From NCBI RefSeq assembly GCF_003334385.1, contig NZ_QOWN01000012.1: a stretch of DNA of 64,000 nucleotides. The stretch is one strand, 5' to 3'. Shown in pieces: positions 24,662 through 36,757 of the stretch (positions are counted from its first letter, which is position 1; each line of letters starts with the position of its first letter). The stretch is from Escherichia coli (GTDB taxonomy: Bacteria > Pseudomonadota > Gammaproteobacteria > Enterobacterales > Enterobacteriaceae). Made by a program: the position numbers and the translations under genes. The notes under the pieces were generated by a model. That model was not told the origin of the DNA, did not search any database, and saw only the letters and a program-made list of their open reading frames with translations.

Positions 24662-25760
24662 ATGTTTGAAATTAATCCGGTAAATAATCGCATTCAGGAC
24701 CTCACGGAACGCTCCGACGTTCTTAGGGGGTATCTTTGACTACGACGCCAAGAAAGAGCGTCTGGAAGAAGTAAACGCCGAGCTGGAACAGCCGGATGTC
24801 TGGAACGAACCCGAACGCGCACAGGCGCTGGGTAAAGAGCGTTCCTCCCTCGAAGCCGTTGTCGACACCCTCGACCAAATGAAACAGGGGCTGGAAGATG
24901 TTTCTGGTCTGCTGGAACTGGCTGTAGAAGCTGACGACGAAGAAACCTTTAACGAAGCCGTTGCTGAACTCGACGCCCTGGAAGAAAAACTGGCGCAGCT
25001 TGAGTTCCGCCGTATGTTCTCTGGCGAATATGACAGCGCCGACTGCTACCTCGATATTCAGGCGGGGTCTGGCGGTACGGAAGCACAGGACTGGGCGAGC
25101 ATGCTTGAGCGTATGTATCTGCGCTGGGCAGAATCGCGTGGTTTCAAAACTGAAATCATCGAAGAGTCGGAAGGTGAAGTGGCGGGTATTAAATCCGTGA
25201 CGATCAAAATCTCCGGCGATTACGCTTACGGCTGGCTGCGTACAGAAACCGGCGTTCACCGCCTGGTGCGTAAAAGCCCGTTTGACTCCGGCGGTCGTCG
25301 CCACACGTCGTTCAGCTCCGCGTTTGTTTATCCGGAAGTTGATGATGATATTGATATCGAAATCAACCCGGCGGATCTGCGCATTGACGTTTATCGCGCG
25401 TCCGGCGCGGGCGGTCAGCACGTTAACCGTACCGAATCTGCGGTGCGTATTACCCACATCCCGACCGGGATCGTGACCCAGTGCCAGAACGACCGTTCCC
25501 AGCACAAGAACAAAGATCAGGCCATGAAGCAGATGAAAGCGAAGCTTTATGAACTGGAGATGCAGAAGAAAAATGCCGAGAAACAGGCGATGGAAGATAA
25601 CAAATCCGACATCGGCTGGGGCAGCCAGATTCGTTCTTATGTCCTTGATGACTCCCGCATTAAAGATCTGCGCACCGGGGTAGAAACCCGCAACACGCAG
25701 GCCGTGCTGGACGGCAGCCTGGATCAATTTATCGAAGCAAGTTTGAAAGCAGGGTTATGA
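24662..25760 (+). CDS. prfB: Peptide chain release factor 2, 365 aa, with programmed +1 ribosomal frameshift (frame 0 24662-24736; in-frame UGA 24737-24739; +1 frame from 24738)
   Basis: Frame 0 encodes [25 protein letters not shown] then CUU UGA C; internal SD-like AGGGGG lies 3 nt upstream of CUU; the +1 frame continues ...[13 protein letters not shown]... (GGQ motif in [11 protein letters not shown]). Confidence 0.92.
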
Positions 25761-25769
25761 GGAACCAAC

Positions 25770-27287
25770 ATGTCTGAACAACACGCACAGGGCGCTGACG
25801 CGGTAGTCGATCTTAACAATGAACTGAAAACGCGTCGTGAGAAGCTGGCGAACCTGCGCGAGCAGGGGATTGCCTTCCCGAACGATTTCCGTCGCGATCA
25901 TACCTCTGACCAATTGCACGCAGAATTCGACGGCAAAGAGAACGAAGAACTGGAAGCGCTGAACATCGAAGTCGCCGTTGCTGGCCGCATGATGACCCGT
26001 CGTATTATGGGTAAAGCGTCTTTCGTTACCCTGCAGGACGTTGGCGGTCGCATTCAGCTGTACGTTGCCCGTGACGATCTCCCGGAAGGCGTTTATAACG
26101 AGCAGTTCAAAAAATGGGACCTCGGCGACATCCTCGGCGCGAAAGGTAAGCTGTTCAAAACCAAAACCGGCGAACTGTCTATCCACTGCACCGAGTTGCG
26201 TCTGCTGACCAAAGCACTGCGTCCGCTGCCGGATAAATTCCACGGCTTGCAGGATCAGGAAGCGCGCTATCGTCAGCGTTATCTCGATCTCATCTCCAAC
26301 GATGAATCCCGCAACACCTTTAAAGTGCGCTCGCAGATCCTCTCTGGTATTCGCCAGTTCATGGTGAACCGCGGCTTTATGGAAGTTGAAACGCCGATGA
26401 TGCAGGTGATCCCTGGCGGTGCCGCTGCGCGTCCGTTTATCACCCACCATAACGCGCTGGATCTCGACATGTACCTGCGTATCGCGCCGGAACTGTACCT
26501 CAAGCGTCTGGTGGTTGGTGGCTTCGAGCGTGTATTCGAAATCAACCGTAACTTCCGTAACGAAGGTATTTCCGTACGTCATAACCCAGAGTTCACCATG
26601 ATGGAACTCTACATGGCTTACGCAGATTACAAAGATCTGATCGAGCTGACCGAATCGCTGTTCCGTACTCTGGCACAGGATATTCTCGGTAAGACGGAAG
26701 TGACCTACGGCGACGTGACGCTGGACTTCGGTAAACCGTTCGAAAAACTGACCATGCGTGAAGCGATCAAGAAATATCGCCCGGAAACCGACATGGCGGA
26801 TCTGGACAACTTCGACTCTGCGAAAGCAATTGCTGAATCTATCGGCATCCACGTTGAGAAGAGCTGGGGTCTGGGCCGTATCGTTACCGAGATCTTCGAA
26901 GAAGTGGCAGAAGCACATCTGATTCAGCCGACCTTCATTACTGAATATCCGGCAGAAGTTTCTCCGCTGGCGCGTCGTAACGACGTTAACCCGGAAATCA
27001 CAGACCGCTTTGAGTTCTTCATTGGTGGTCGTGAAATCGGTAACGGCTTTAGCGAGCTGAATGACGCGGAAGATCAGGCGCAACGCTTCCTGGATCAGGT
27101 TGCCGCGAAAGACGCAGGTGACGACGAAGCGATGTTCTACGATGAAGATTACGTCACCGCACTGGAACATGGCTTACCGCCGACAGCAGGTCTGGGAATT
27201 GGTATCGACCGTATGGTAATGCTGTTCACCAACAGCCATACCATCCGCGACGTTATTCTGTTCCCGGCGATGCGTCCGGTAAAATAA
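25770..27287 (+). CDS. lysS: Lysyl-tRNA synthetase (constitutive), 505 aa
   Basis: [33 protein letters not shown]...; class II aaRS motifs. Confidence 0.96.
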
Positions 27288-27305
27288 GCATTACGTTATG
27301 CTCAC

Positions 27306-27333
27306 AACCCCGGCAAATGTCGGGGTTTTTTTA
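27306..27333. terminator. Hairpin terminator between convergent lysS and idi (likely bidirectional)
   Basis: ccccggcaaatgtcgggg followed by a T8 run on + strand; overlaps the idi stop codon. Confidence 0.65.
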
Positions 27334-27879
27334 TTTAAGCTGGGTAAATGCAGATAATCGTTTTCTGGCTTCGCGATTTGTCGCCTGCATCACCATCCAC
27401 GGACTGAACGCCCACGGCGTGGCATCAATACCGTGTAATACATCTGCTAAATCACACCATTGATAATCCATCACTTCATCATCATTGATCTGTAACGCAC
27501 TAGTGGTGCGTGCGGCAAATACCGGACACACTTCATTTTCCACAATGCCACTCGGATCGGTGGCGCGGTAGCGAAAGTCAGGATAGATAGATTCAGGAGG
27601 CGTAATTTCCACGCCAAGCTCATAACGGCAACGGCGGATCACTGCGTCTTCGTTGCTTTCTCCCAGTTGTGGGTGCCCACAAACCGAGTTAGTCCACACG
27701 CCAGGCCATGCTTTTTTGCTCAGTGCGCGGCGGGTAACTAATAATTGTCCTTTGGCATTAAACAGCCAACTGGAGAACGCGAGATGTAAGCGGGTGTCTG
27801 CCGTGTGTGCGGCATACTTTTCCAGCGTACCCGTGGGAACTCCCTGTGCATTCAATAAAATGACGTGTTCCGTTTGCAT
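27331..27879 (-). CDS. idi: Isopentenyl-diphosphate delta-isomerase (type 1, Nudix), 182 aa
   Basis: [71 protein letters not shown]... Confidence 0.94.
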   Translation of the reverse strand: MQTEHVILLNAQGVPTGTLEKYAAHTADTRLHLAFSSWLFNAKGQLLVTRRALSKKAWPGVWTNSVCGHPQLGESNEDAVIRRCRYELGVEITPPESIYPDFRYRATDPSGIVENEVCPVFAARTTSALQINDDEVMDYQWCDLADVLHGIDATPWAFSPWMVMQATNREARKRLSAFTQLK

Positions 27880-28128
27880 AATTTCTCACATGTAATTCTG
27901 ATCACTCATCATTATAGATAATTGAAGAGTGAAATGATTAACCAAGTGAGCGTTTATCGACAACCGCCCGTTTTGAGCGGATGCCGACAGGTAAAAACCA
28001 TTTAAAAAAGTAGCATCATATATTTGAAGCGACTTTCAATGGCCATTGCAACACAGTCAGAAATGACAGGAATAGAGAGAGTAAAAAGCAACAACAGACT
28101 GAATATAGCGCGCATTAAAAAATTCATA

Positions 28129-29577
28129 TTATTCTCCATGCTCATTTTTCTTCAGCTTGCGCATCAGAAGCCACATACGTACTGTCCTGACTTTTAAATC
28201 TTTATCAGAGACGGATTCCTTCACCAGGTCAGCATGATGCTGATAGCCATTAAAGAAGACGTTCAGCACAACGGCGCTAAGGGTTGCGAGCATAATGCCG
28301 CTATGTAGCAGCGGTTGCAGTACGGCCGGTAACTTAGAAAAGAAATCGTGAGAGAGCGTCGGAGTCATGCCAACGCCGAGACTGATCGCCACAATATAGA
28401 GGTTGTAACGGTTGGTGGTGTAGTTACAGCGCGACAGAATTCGAATCCCTGTCGCCAGTACCATGCCGAACATCACTAGACCAGCGCCGCCCAGCACAAA
28501 TTGCGGAATGGAGGCTACCAGCACCGCCATTTTTGGCACCATGCCAAACAGGATTAATATAATTCCCGAAGAAATACACACCCAGCGGCTATGAACGCGC
28601 GTCACGCTAACCAGGCCAACGTTTTGAGAAAATGACGTGTGGGGGAAGCTGTTAAACGTGCCGCCTATCATTGTCCCTACGCCATCGACACGCAGCCCGC
28701 GAATAATATCGTGCGAAGAGAGTTTACGACCGACTATTTCACCCAGTGCCAGGAACATCCCCATCGACTCGATAAACACGATGATTAACACGGCAGTCAT
28801 GGTCAGAATGGAAACGGGATCGAAAATCGGCATACCAAACGACATCGGCGTAACAATCGCAAACCATGAAGCATCATGTAGCCCGGATAAATTGACTTCA
28901 TTCATCATCCACGAAAGTAAAAAGCCAAATACAATCCCCAGTAATACGGCGACGTTGGACATAAATCCTTTCGCATAGCGAGTAATGAGCAAGATAAAAA
29001 TTAAGACGGCAAAGGAGATACCTAAATAAACGGGATTACCATATTGCGGATTCCCTTTACCTCCGGCGGCCCAGTCAATACCCACCTGAATGATGCTAAG
29101 CCCGATAGAAGTAATAACCACACCGGTAACCAGTGGCGGGAATAAAGGCATCAAGCGACCGATAAGTGGCGCTAATAATGTGGTGATAAAACCCGCGGCG
29201 ATAGTGGCACCAAATATCCCCAGCAGGCCGATATCCGGGTTCATCCCAATGGCTATCATTGGTGTTACAGCAGCAAAGGTCACCGACATAATCACCGGCA
29301 GGCGGATCCCCATAAAGCGGCCGATACCGATACATTGCAATAATGTGACGATCCCGCAGCAAAAGAGATCCGAGCTAATGAGCATCGCAATAGCTTCTTT
29401 TGAGAGGCCCAGTCGGTCACCAATCATAAGAGGAACAGCGACTGCACCTGCGTACATGACAAGGACGTGTTGCAGACCGAGTATGATCAGCTTTCCTGGT
29501 GATAATATGCGGTCAACCTCATCAGTTGGGCGGTCTTGCCCAGAAGATGAGGGAAGTTGGGAATCTATGGCGCTCAT
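28129..29577 (-). CDS. uacT: Uric acid transporter UacT (NCS2/NAT family), 482 aa
   Basis: MSAIDSQLPSSSGQDRPTDEVDRILSPGKLIILGLQHVLVMYAGAVAVPL...; track ORF carries a 43-codon upstream extension. Confidence 0.9.
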   Translation of the reverse strand: MSAIDSQLPSSSGQDRPTDEVDRILSPGKLIILGLQHVLVMYAGAVAVPLMIGDRLGLSKEAIAMLISSDLFCCGIVTLLQCIGIGRFMGIRLPVIMSVTFAAVTPMIAIGMNPDIGLLGIFGATIAAGFITTLLAPLIGRLMPLFPPLVTGVVITSIGLSIIQVGIDWAAGGKGNPQYGNPVYLGISFAVLIFILLITRYAKGFMSNVAVLLGIVFGFLLSWMMNEVNLSGLHDASWFAIVTPMSFGMPIFDPVSILTMTAVLIIVFIESMGMFLALGEIVGRKLSSHDIIRGLRVDGVGTMIGGTFNSFPHTSFSQNVGLVSVTRVHSRWVCISSGIILILFGMVPKMAVLVASIPQFVLGGAGLVMFGMVLATGIRILSRCNYTTNRYNLYIVAISLGVGMTPTLSHDFFSKLPAVLQPLLHSGIMLATLSAVVLNVFFNGYQHHADLVKESVSDKDLKVRTVRMWLLMRKLKKNEHGE

Positions 29578-30012
29578 CAGTGTTTCTCCTTTCGCCCGCC
29601 AGAGTAAAAAGCAACCGTTTACGTTAATGAAACTGTCTAAACACATGCTCGTGGAGTGCCAGTTTTTGCGAGGAAGGGGAGTTAGAGACAGGAATTGCGG
29701 AGGCAATCACATAATCGTGGTTAAACCACGAAAATGAGAAGAGAACCTGACAATGGAATTATCTGTAATTTTCTCATATTGATATTTCATTAATCATTCT
29801 GGCATGTCGCACTCTCGCATTTAATCGTTTTTATCTGGATAGCGCTCTTTTGATCGGCAATGTTGAAATAATGAAAGCGGCATAGATTGAGGGGCAATAA
29901 TTTGAACTCAGTCGCAAAATTATAATTAAAACGGTCATGCTACCTAATATATGCCCGTTTATTGCATCGCGAAATTTGAGAAGACATAACTCATTAAATG
30001 AAAGGGATGCAA

Positions 30013-31932
30013 ATGAATAAGTTTATTGCTGCTGAAGCTGCGGAATGTATAGGCTGTCATGCTTGTGAAATTGCCTGTGCGGTGGCACACAATCAAGAAA
30101 ACTGGCCGCTGAGTCACAGTGACTTTCGACCGCGTATCCACGTTGTAGGGAAAGGCCAGGCTGCGAATCCGGTGGCCTGCCATCACTGCAACAATGCCCC
30201 TTGCGTTACGGCTTGTCCGGTTAATGCTCTGACTTTCCAGTCCGATAGCGTACAACTGGACGAGCAAAAATGTATTGGTTGTAAAAGATGCGCAATCGCT
30301 TGCCCCTTTGGCGTCGTTGAGATGGTCGATACGATTGCGCAGAAATGCGACCTTTGTAACCAGCGCAGTTCCGGCACGCAAGCCTGTATTGAAGTTTGCC
30401 CAACACAGGCGTTACGACTGATGGACGATAAAGGGTTGCAGCAGATAAAGGTGGCCCGCCAGCGCAAAACGGCAGCAGGAAAAGCGTCATCAGACGCTCA
30501 GCCATCTCGCAGTGCAGCGTTGCTCCCCGTTAACTCGCGTAAAGGCGCAGATAAAATTTCAGCGAGTGAACGGAAAACCCACTTTGGCGAAATATATTGC
30601 GGGCTGGATCCACAACAAGCGACTTATGAGAGTGACCGCTGTGTTTATTGTGCCGAAAAAGCTAACTGCAACTGGCATTGCCCGCTGCATAACGCTATTC
30701 CGGATTACATCCGTCTGGTACAGGAAGGAAAGATTATTGAAGCGGCAGAACTTTGCCACCAGACCAGTTCCTTACCAGAAATTTGCGGCAGGGTATGTCC
30801 ACAGGACCGTCTTTGTGAAGGCGCATGTACTTTGAAAGATCACTCGGGCGCAGTCTCTATCGGTAATCTGGAACGCTACATCACCGATACCGCGCTGGCG
30901 ATGGGCTGGCGTCCCGATGTCAGCAAAGTTGTTCCCCGTAGCGAAAAAGTGGCGGTGATTGGCGCTGGGCCTGCAGGGTTAGGGTGTGCTGATATTCTGG
31001 CGCGCGCAGGAGTTCAGGTCGATGTCTTTGATCGCCATCCAGAAATTGGCGGTATGCTGACTTTTGGCATTCCTCCTTTCAAACTCGATAAAACGGTATT
31101 AAGCCAGCGGCGAGAGATATTCACCGCAATGGGAATCGACTTTCATCTTAACTGTGAAATTGGCCGCGATATTACCTTTAGCGATTTAACTTCTGAATAT
31201 GATGCAGTTTTCATCGGCGTGGGGACTTACGGGATGATGCGAGCAGATCTGCCGCATGAAGATGCGCCCGGTGTCATTCAGGCTCTACCGTTCCTGACTG
31301 CCCATACCCGCCAGCTCATGGGATTGCCGGAGTCTGAAGAGTATCCGCTGACGGACGTGGAAGGTAAGCGAGTCGTGGTATTGGGCGGTGGCGATACGAC
31401 AATGGATTGTTTGCGGACTTCCATCCGCCTCAATGCCGCCAGCGTGACCTGCGCGTATCGTCGTGATGAAGTCAGTATGCCGGGCTCGCGCAAAGAGGTG
31501 GTTAATGCGCGCGAGGAAGGTGTCGAGTTTCAGTTCAATGTTCAACCGCAATATATCGCTTGTGACGAAGATGGGCGTTTAACTGCGGTGGGCCTGATTC
31601 GTACCGCCATGGGTGAGCCGGGGCCGGATGGTCGCCGTCGTCCTCGTCCGGTAGCGGGTTCAGAGTTTGAATTGCCCGCCGATGTTCTGATTATGGCCTT
31701 TGGTTTCCAGGCGCATGCCATGCCGTGGTTGCAGGGCAGCGGAATTAAACTCGATAAATGGGGCCTGATTCAAACCGGTGACGTCGGGTATTTACCTACC
31801 CAGACGCATCTGAAAAAAGTCTTTGCTGGTGGTGATGCAGTTCATGGCGCGGATCTGGTTGTCACTGCAATGGCCGCAGGAAGGCAGGCGGCGCGCGATA
31901 TGTTAACTCTGTTTGATACGAAGGCATCGTGA
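30013..31932 (+). CDS. ygfT: Fused Fe-S ferredoxin / FAD-NAD(P) oxidoreductase (GltD-like), 639 aa
   Basis: N-terminal multiple CxxCxxCxxxCP 4Fe-4S motifs; C-terminal GAGPAG dinucleotide-binding motif ([14 protein letters not shown]). Confidence 0.88.
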
Positions 31933-32420
31933 TGAAATCGTTAATTATCGTTAATCCGGCTGACTGTATTGGCTGCCGTACTTGTGAAGTAGCCTGTGTG
32001 GTCGCTCACCCTTCAGAACAGGAGTTGAATGCCGATGTCTTTTTACCCCGGCTGAAGGTACAGCGACTGGACAGCATCAGTGCGCCGGTGATGTGCCATC
32101 AGTGTGAAAACGCCCCTTGTGTTGGCGCTTGCCCCGTGGGGGCGCTGACGATGGGCGAGCAGGTGGTGCAGACCAATTCTGCCCGTTGTATTGGCTGTCA
32201 GAGTTGCGTCAGTGCGTGCCCGTTTGGAATGATCACCATTCAGTCGTTGCCGGGGGATACCCGACAACAAATTGTGAAATGCGATCTCTGTGAACAGCGG
32301 GAAGAGGGGCCAGCCTGCGTTGAATCTTGCCCAACACAGGCGCTGCAGTTGCTTACTGAAAGAGAACTCAGGCGAGTCCGCCAGCAGCGTATTGTTGCCA
32401 GCGGTGAGAATCCTCTCTGA
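31932..32420 (+). CDS. ygfS: 4Fe-4S ferredoxin-type protein, 162 aa
   Basis: Four CxxCxxCxxxCP clusters (e.g. [25 protein letters not shown]); start overlaps ygfT stop. Confidence 0.88.
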
Positions 32421-32455
32421 AAGAAATCTCCGCGCTGAAAGGCGCGGAGAATCTA

Positions 32456-33823
32456 TTAGATTGCCCAACCACCCGCGTAAAATGCGACCAGTGCGGCAGT
32501 AATGATCACCGTACCAATATTCAGCTTTTGCCATTCGCGTGCAAAGACGCGGCCTACGACCAGTGTCACAAAGCCCAGCATAATACCGGTAACGATATTA
32601 CAAGTCAGAACGATGAACACGGCACACACCAGGCCAGCCATAGCGTCAATAAAATCATTGAAATCCAGCTTCGAGACGTTACTTAACATCAGCAAACCTA
32701 CGTACATCAGAGCGGGTGCAGTGGCGTAACCAGGGATCAAAAATGACAGCGGTGATAAAAACAGAATTAACAGGAATAACGCCCCCACTACGGTTGCGGT
32801 TAAACCTGTTTTACCCCCGGCGGCGGTTCCTGCCGCTGATTCGATATAAACCGCTGCGGGCGCTGCGCCCACCAGGCCGGAGAATATTGAACTTACTGAG
32901 TCACTGGTCAGGGCTTTGCCGCCGTTGATGATCTGGTTGTCTTTATCCAACAAATTCGCCTGACCGGCGACGGCACGGATGGTGCCAGTAGCGTCGAACA
33001 CTGCGGTCATCACCAATGCCAGTACACTCGGAAGTACAGTTGGCTGGAGTGCACCCATAATATCGAGGCTGAAAATCAGAGACTTACCATCTTCGCCAGT
33101 CAGGCTTGGCATCGCCACCAGACCGTGGTATTTCACCGCTGGGTCAAAGATTAAGCCGATGATCGAAATTGCAATAATCACCAACAAGATCCCGCCGGGT
33201 ACGCGACACTTCTCCAGGCCGAAGATGACCGCCAGCCCCAGCAAGCTCATCATCACCGGGAAGGAGGTAAACGCACCGAGCGCCACTGGCAAGCCTTCAA
33301 TCGGGTTTTTGATAACCATACCCACACCGTTAGCAGCAATCAGCAGCAGAAACAGCCCGATACCGATACCTGTACCGTGAGCGATACCCATCGGCAAATT
33401 ACGTAAGATCCAGGTACGCACACCGGTTACGGAAATGGCGGTGAAGATGACGCCCATCAGAAATACCGCGCCCAGTGCGACAGGAACGCTAATTTGTTGC
33501 CCGAGTACCAGACTGAATGCGGTAAACGCCGTCAAGGAAATCGCGCAACCAATCGCCATTGGCAAATTAGCCCATAATCCCATCAGCAACGAGCCGAAGC
33601 CCGCGACCAGACAGGTGGCAACAAACACAGCTGCGGGAGGAAAACCTGCTTTGCCCAGCATTCCCGGAACGACGATAACGGAATAAACCATGGCCAGAAA
33701 GGTCGTTAAGCCAGCCAGTACTTCCTGACGAACGGTACTGCCACGAGCGGTAATTTTAAAATAATTATCCAGCGCGCCCTGTGGCTTTGGTGCGTCCGGT
33801 GTTTGTAGGATGTCTCCAGACAT
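32456..33823 (-). CDS. ghxQ: Guanine/hypoxanthine permease GhxQ (NCS2 AzgA-like), 455 aa
   Basis: [56 protein letters not shown]... Confidence 0.9.
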   Translation of the reverse strand: MSGDILQTPDAPKPQGALDNYFKITARGSTVRQEVLAGLTTFLAMVYSVIVVPGMLGKAGFPPAAVFVATCLVAGFGSLLMGLWANLPMAIGCAISLTAFTAFSLVLGQQISVPVALGAVFLMGVIFTAISVTGVRTWILRNLPMGIAHGTGIGIGLFLLLIAANGVGMVIKNPIEGLPVALGAFTSFPVMMSLLGLAVIFGLEKCRVPGGILLVIIAISIIGLIFDPAVKYHGLVAMPSLTGEDGKSLIFSLDIMGALQPTVLPSVLALVMTAVFDATGTIRAVAGQANLLDKDNQIINGGKALTSDSVSSIFSGLVGAAPAAVYIESAAGTAAGGKTGLTATVVGALFLLILFLSPLSFLIPGYATAPALMYVGLLMLSNVSKLDFNDFIDAMAGLVCAVFIVLTCNIVTGIMLGFVTLVVGRVFAREWQKLNIGTVIITAALVAFYAGGWAI

Positions 33824-33858
33824 AATGATGTCCTCACGAGGATGTTAAAGTTTTATTA

Positions 33859-35178
33859 TTAGTTGCGTTCGTACACCAGACGACCATCAACGTAGGTGCG
33901 GTAGATCGAACGGTCATCGCCCAACGTCATCATCACGAACAATTTGTCGACTAAAGAAACAGAGTTGTCATAGCGCAGCTGCTGTAGCGGAGTGGCGGTG
34001 GGTTCCATCACCACGAAATCAGCCTCTTTGCCAGGTAAAAAGTTGCCAATCAAATCGTCAAGGCCCAGAGATTTCGCTCCGCCGAGCGTGGCCAGGTAAA
34101 ACGCTTCATATGCCGAGAGGCGATAGCCTTGTAATTGCAATACTTTGTAGGCTTCGTTCAGCGTTTGCAGCATGTTGAAAGTGGTTCCGGCACCGATATC
34201 CGTTCCCATGCCCACTTTAACTTTCTTCTGCCATGCTTTTTTCAAGTTGAATAAGCCGCTGCCGAGGTAAAGGTTGGAGGTCGGACAGAAAGCAATGCTG
34301 GATTTGGTTTCGCTGAGACGATCCCACTCTTTTTCTTCGAGATGGACGCAGTGAGCAAAGACACAGTTTTTACCGGTCAGGCCGTACTGATGGTAAACAT
34401 CCAGATAACCATCATGGTCAGGATAAAGCGATTTCACCCAGGCAATTTCATCTTTGTTTTCACAGAGATGGGTATGTACCCACGTATCCGGATATTCTTC
34501 TTTCAGGCGTTGCGCCATCGCCATCTGTTCAGGAGATGAGGTCGGGGCGAAGCGTGGCGTAATCGCATATAGCAGACGACCATTTTTGTGCCAGCGTTCG
34601 ATCAGTTCTTTGCTTTGGTGATAGCTGCTTTCGGCAGTGTCGAGCAGATAATCCGGTGCGTTGCGGTCCATCATCACCTTACCGGCAATCATACGCATAT
34701 TGATATGACTGGCGGCTTCAAACAGCGCATCAACAGATTGCGGATGAACAGTGCCAAACACCAGCGCCGTGGTGGTTCCGTTACGTAAAAGCTGCTTGAT
34801 GAAGAACGCCGACATTTCGCGGGCGTACTCTAAATCCTCATAACGACGTTCAGTAGGGAAGGTGTGTTTATTCAACCACTCCAGCAATTGCTCACCATAG
34901 GCCCCCACCATTTCACTTTGCGGATAATGGATATGTGTATCGACAAAGCCCGGTACTATCAGTTTGCCGCGATAGTCGCGCACGCGAATGGTGTCAGGAA
35001 TTTGATGCTTTCCGTTTTCCCATTCGCCAAACCATTCCACTTTTCCCTGTTTAATGAGTAATAAACCATCCTCAATAAACCGCAGCGCAGAGGCAATCTC
35101 TTCCGGGTTATCGATCGTACGGGTGACATCAATAAAACTGCCTCGTACCGCTTTTAACGTGTGTTCTCCTGACATCAT
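33859..35178 (-). CDS. guaD: Guanine deaminase, 439 aa
   Basis: Amidohydrolase metal-binding HxH (GFVDTHIHYPQ); length and synteny match K-12. Confidence 0.92.
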   Translation of the reverse strand: MMSGEHTLKAVRGSFIDVTRTIDNPEEIASALRFIEDGLLLIKQGKVEWFGEWENGKHQIPDTIRVRDYRGKLIVPGFVDTHIHYPQSEMVGAYGEQLLEWLNKHTFPTERRYEDLEYAREMSAFFIKQLLRNGTTTALVFGTVHPQSVDALFEAASHINMRMIAGKVMMDRNAPDYLLDTAESSYHQSKELIERWHKNGRLLYAITPRFAPTSSPEQMAMAQRLKEEYPDTWVHTHLCENKDEIAWVKSLYPDHDGYLDVYHQYGLTGKNCVFAHCVHLEEKEWDRLSETKSSIAFCPTSNLYLGSGLFNLKKAWQKKVKVGMGTDIGAGTTFNMLQTLNEAYKVLQLQGYRLSAYEAFYLATLGGAKSLGLDDLIGNFLPGKEADFVVMEPTATPLQQLRYDNSVSLVDKLFVMMTLGDDRSIYRTYVDGRLVYERN

Positions 35179-35192
35179 TGACTCCTTTACTG

Positions 35193-36593
35193 TTAATCCA
35201 TCTCTTCCGCTGAGGTAATACCAGGCAGAACGTTTTCCTGTCGGTAGCCACCAGGGAGGATAATATTTAATAAAATCGCAGTTAACCCGCCAGCAGAAAT
35301 AGGGTTTTCAACTAATACATAAATAGAGGCTGGCAATATTTTAAAAATTTCGGGATCGTAGGAGACGCCAAGCCCTAAACCTAAAGAAGTGGCGACAATA
35401 AGTGTTTCACGGCGCTTTAAACCGTTGGTGATGATGATGCGAATCCCTGCGATGGCAATCATGGAAAACATCAACGTCATTGCGCCTCCCAGAACTGCCG
35501 AGGGAATGGTCGTGAAGAAGCCGCCAATCATCGGAAATAAGCCGAGGATAACCAGCATTACCGCGATGGTTCGCCCGACATAACGTGAAGCGACGCCAGT
35601 CATCTGAATAACCCCATTATTTTGCGCAAACGTGGTTAATGGTAATGAACCGACAGCGGAGGCGATAACAGAAACCAGACCATCTGCCAGCACGCCGCCT
35701 TTCAGCCGGGACTGATACTCTTCCCCCTGAATGGGGCGGCGGGAAACCATTGCCGTGGCGGTGATATCGCCGACTGCTTCCAGCACGCTAAGCAGATAAA
35801 TCGTGCCAACCACCAGGAACTGATGGAAGCTAAAACTAAAGCCGTATTTGAACGGATGCGGGATGGTGATTAACGGCAAATTGCGCATACTGCTGAAATC
35901 CACCATGCCCAGGCATAACGATGCGATATAGCCGACACATAGCCCAATGGCGATCCCTCCCATGCGTAGCAACGGACTGCGACAGCAGTTAAAGCCGATC
36001 ACCACAATTAAAACCAATAAACCAACGCCGAGATGTTCGTAATTGCCGAACGTACCGCTGCTTTTGGCTGCAAATCCTCCACCAAAATCGATAATGCCGA
36101 CTTTAATCAGGCTTAAGCCGATCATCAGTACCACAATACCGCTGACGGTAGGCGTAATAACCCGACGTAAATAGGGCAAGATAAATGAAGATCCGACAAC
36201 CAGAAATGCGCCAACGAAGGAGACGCCGAGAAGCGACGACATGATTAACTCTTCGTGAAAACCGTCGCTTTTCATGCTGCTGCCCAGCGCAATCATGACC
36301 GTAACAAATGAAAAATTGACTGACTGAATTGAGAGTAGGCCAGAACCGACGATGCCGTAGCGGTTTACTTGTAACCAGGTACCAATACCAGAGGCGATCA
36401 TCGCCATAGAAACAAGATAGGCAGTTGTTTCAGCGGAAAGCTGTAAGGCCGCACCCACGATTAACGCGGGGGTTACCATCGGAACGAAAATTGCCAACAG
36501 ATGGGTAATGGCACCAACGAGAGCCTGATGAAAGGGAGGGCGATCCTCCAGTTCAAATATAAGGTCAGAACCTGCATGGTTTATATCAGACAT
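35193..36593 (-). CDS. xanQ: Xanthine permease XanQ (NCS2/NAT), 466 aa
   Basis: MSDINHAGSDLIFELEDRPPFHQALVGAITHLLAIFVPMVTPALIVG...; track ORF has a 19-codon upstream extension. Confidence 0.9.
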   Translation of the reverse strand: MSDINHAGSDLIFELEDRPPFHQALVGAITHLLAIFVPMVTPALIVGAALQLSAETTAYLVSMAMIASGIGTWLQVNRYGIVGSGLLSIQSVNFSFVTVMIALGSSMKSDGFHEELIMSSLLGVSFVGAFLVVGSSFILPYLRRVITPTVSGIVVLMIGLSLIKVGIIDFGGGFAAKSSGTFGNYEHLGVGLLVLIVVIGFNCCRSPLLRMGGIAIGLCVGYIASLCLGMVDFSSMRNLPLITIPHPFKYGFSFSFHQFLVVGTIYLLSVLEAVGDITATAMVSRRPIQGEEYQSRLKGGVLADGLVSVIASAVGSLPLTTFAQNNGVIQMTGVASRYVGRTIAVMLVILGLFPMIGGFFTTIPSAVLGGAMTLMFSMIAIAGIRIIITNGLKRRETLIVATSLGLGLGVSYDPEIFKILPASIYVLVENPISAGGLTAILLNIILPGGYRQENVLPGITSAEEMD

Positions 36594-36726
36594 CCCTTCA
36601 CTCCTTTTAAAGTAAATTTGATCATCTGAATTAGTAAAATAAATTCCCACGAATTTGGGGCGCAGGACGCCTTGAGAACGGCTTATCTCATTTTCGCAGT
36701 CACTATTTAGTCATCGTTCAAACAGA

Positions 36727-36752
36727 GAAACAGGCCGCCGAAGCGGCCATTT
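36727..36752 (-). terminator. Candidate hairpin terminator downstream of xdhD
   Basis: ggccgccgaagcggcc stem just 3' of the xdhD stop, followed on the minus strand by a moderately U-rich tract. Confidence 0.4.
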
Positions 36753-36757
36753 ATTAT

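Noticed and set aside
24723-25727. 334-aa ORF on the minus strand
   Set aside because: Lies entirely antisense to prfB; its composition mirrors the sense gene. Shadow ORF.
25755-27170. 471-aa ORF on the minus strand
   Set aside because: Antisense to lysS, whose sense-strand identity is unambiguous. Shadow ORF.
27925-27996. 23-codon ORF (MINQVSVYRQPPVLSGCRQVKTI) in the idi-uacT spacer
   Set aside because: No convincing ribosome-binding site or recognisable family; too short to support without conservation data.
29090-29737. 215-aa ORF on the plus strand
   Set aside because: Antisense to the uacT transporter gene; its hydrophobic repetitive translation is a mirror of membrane-protein codons.
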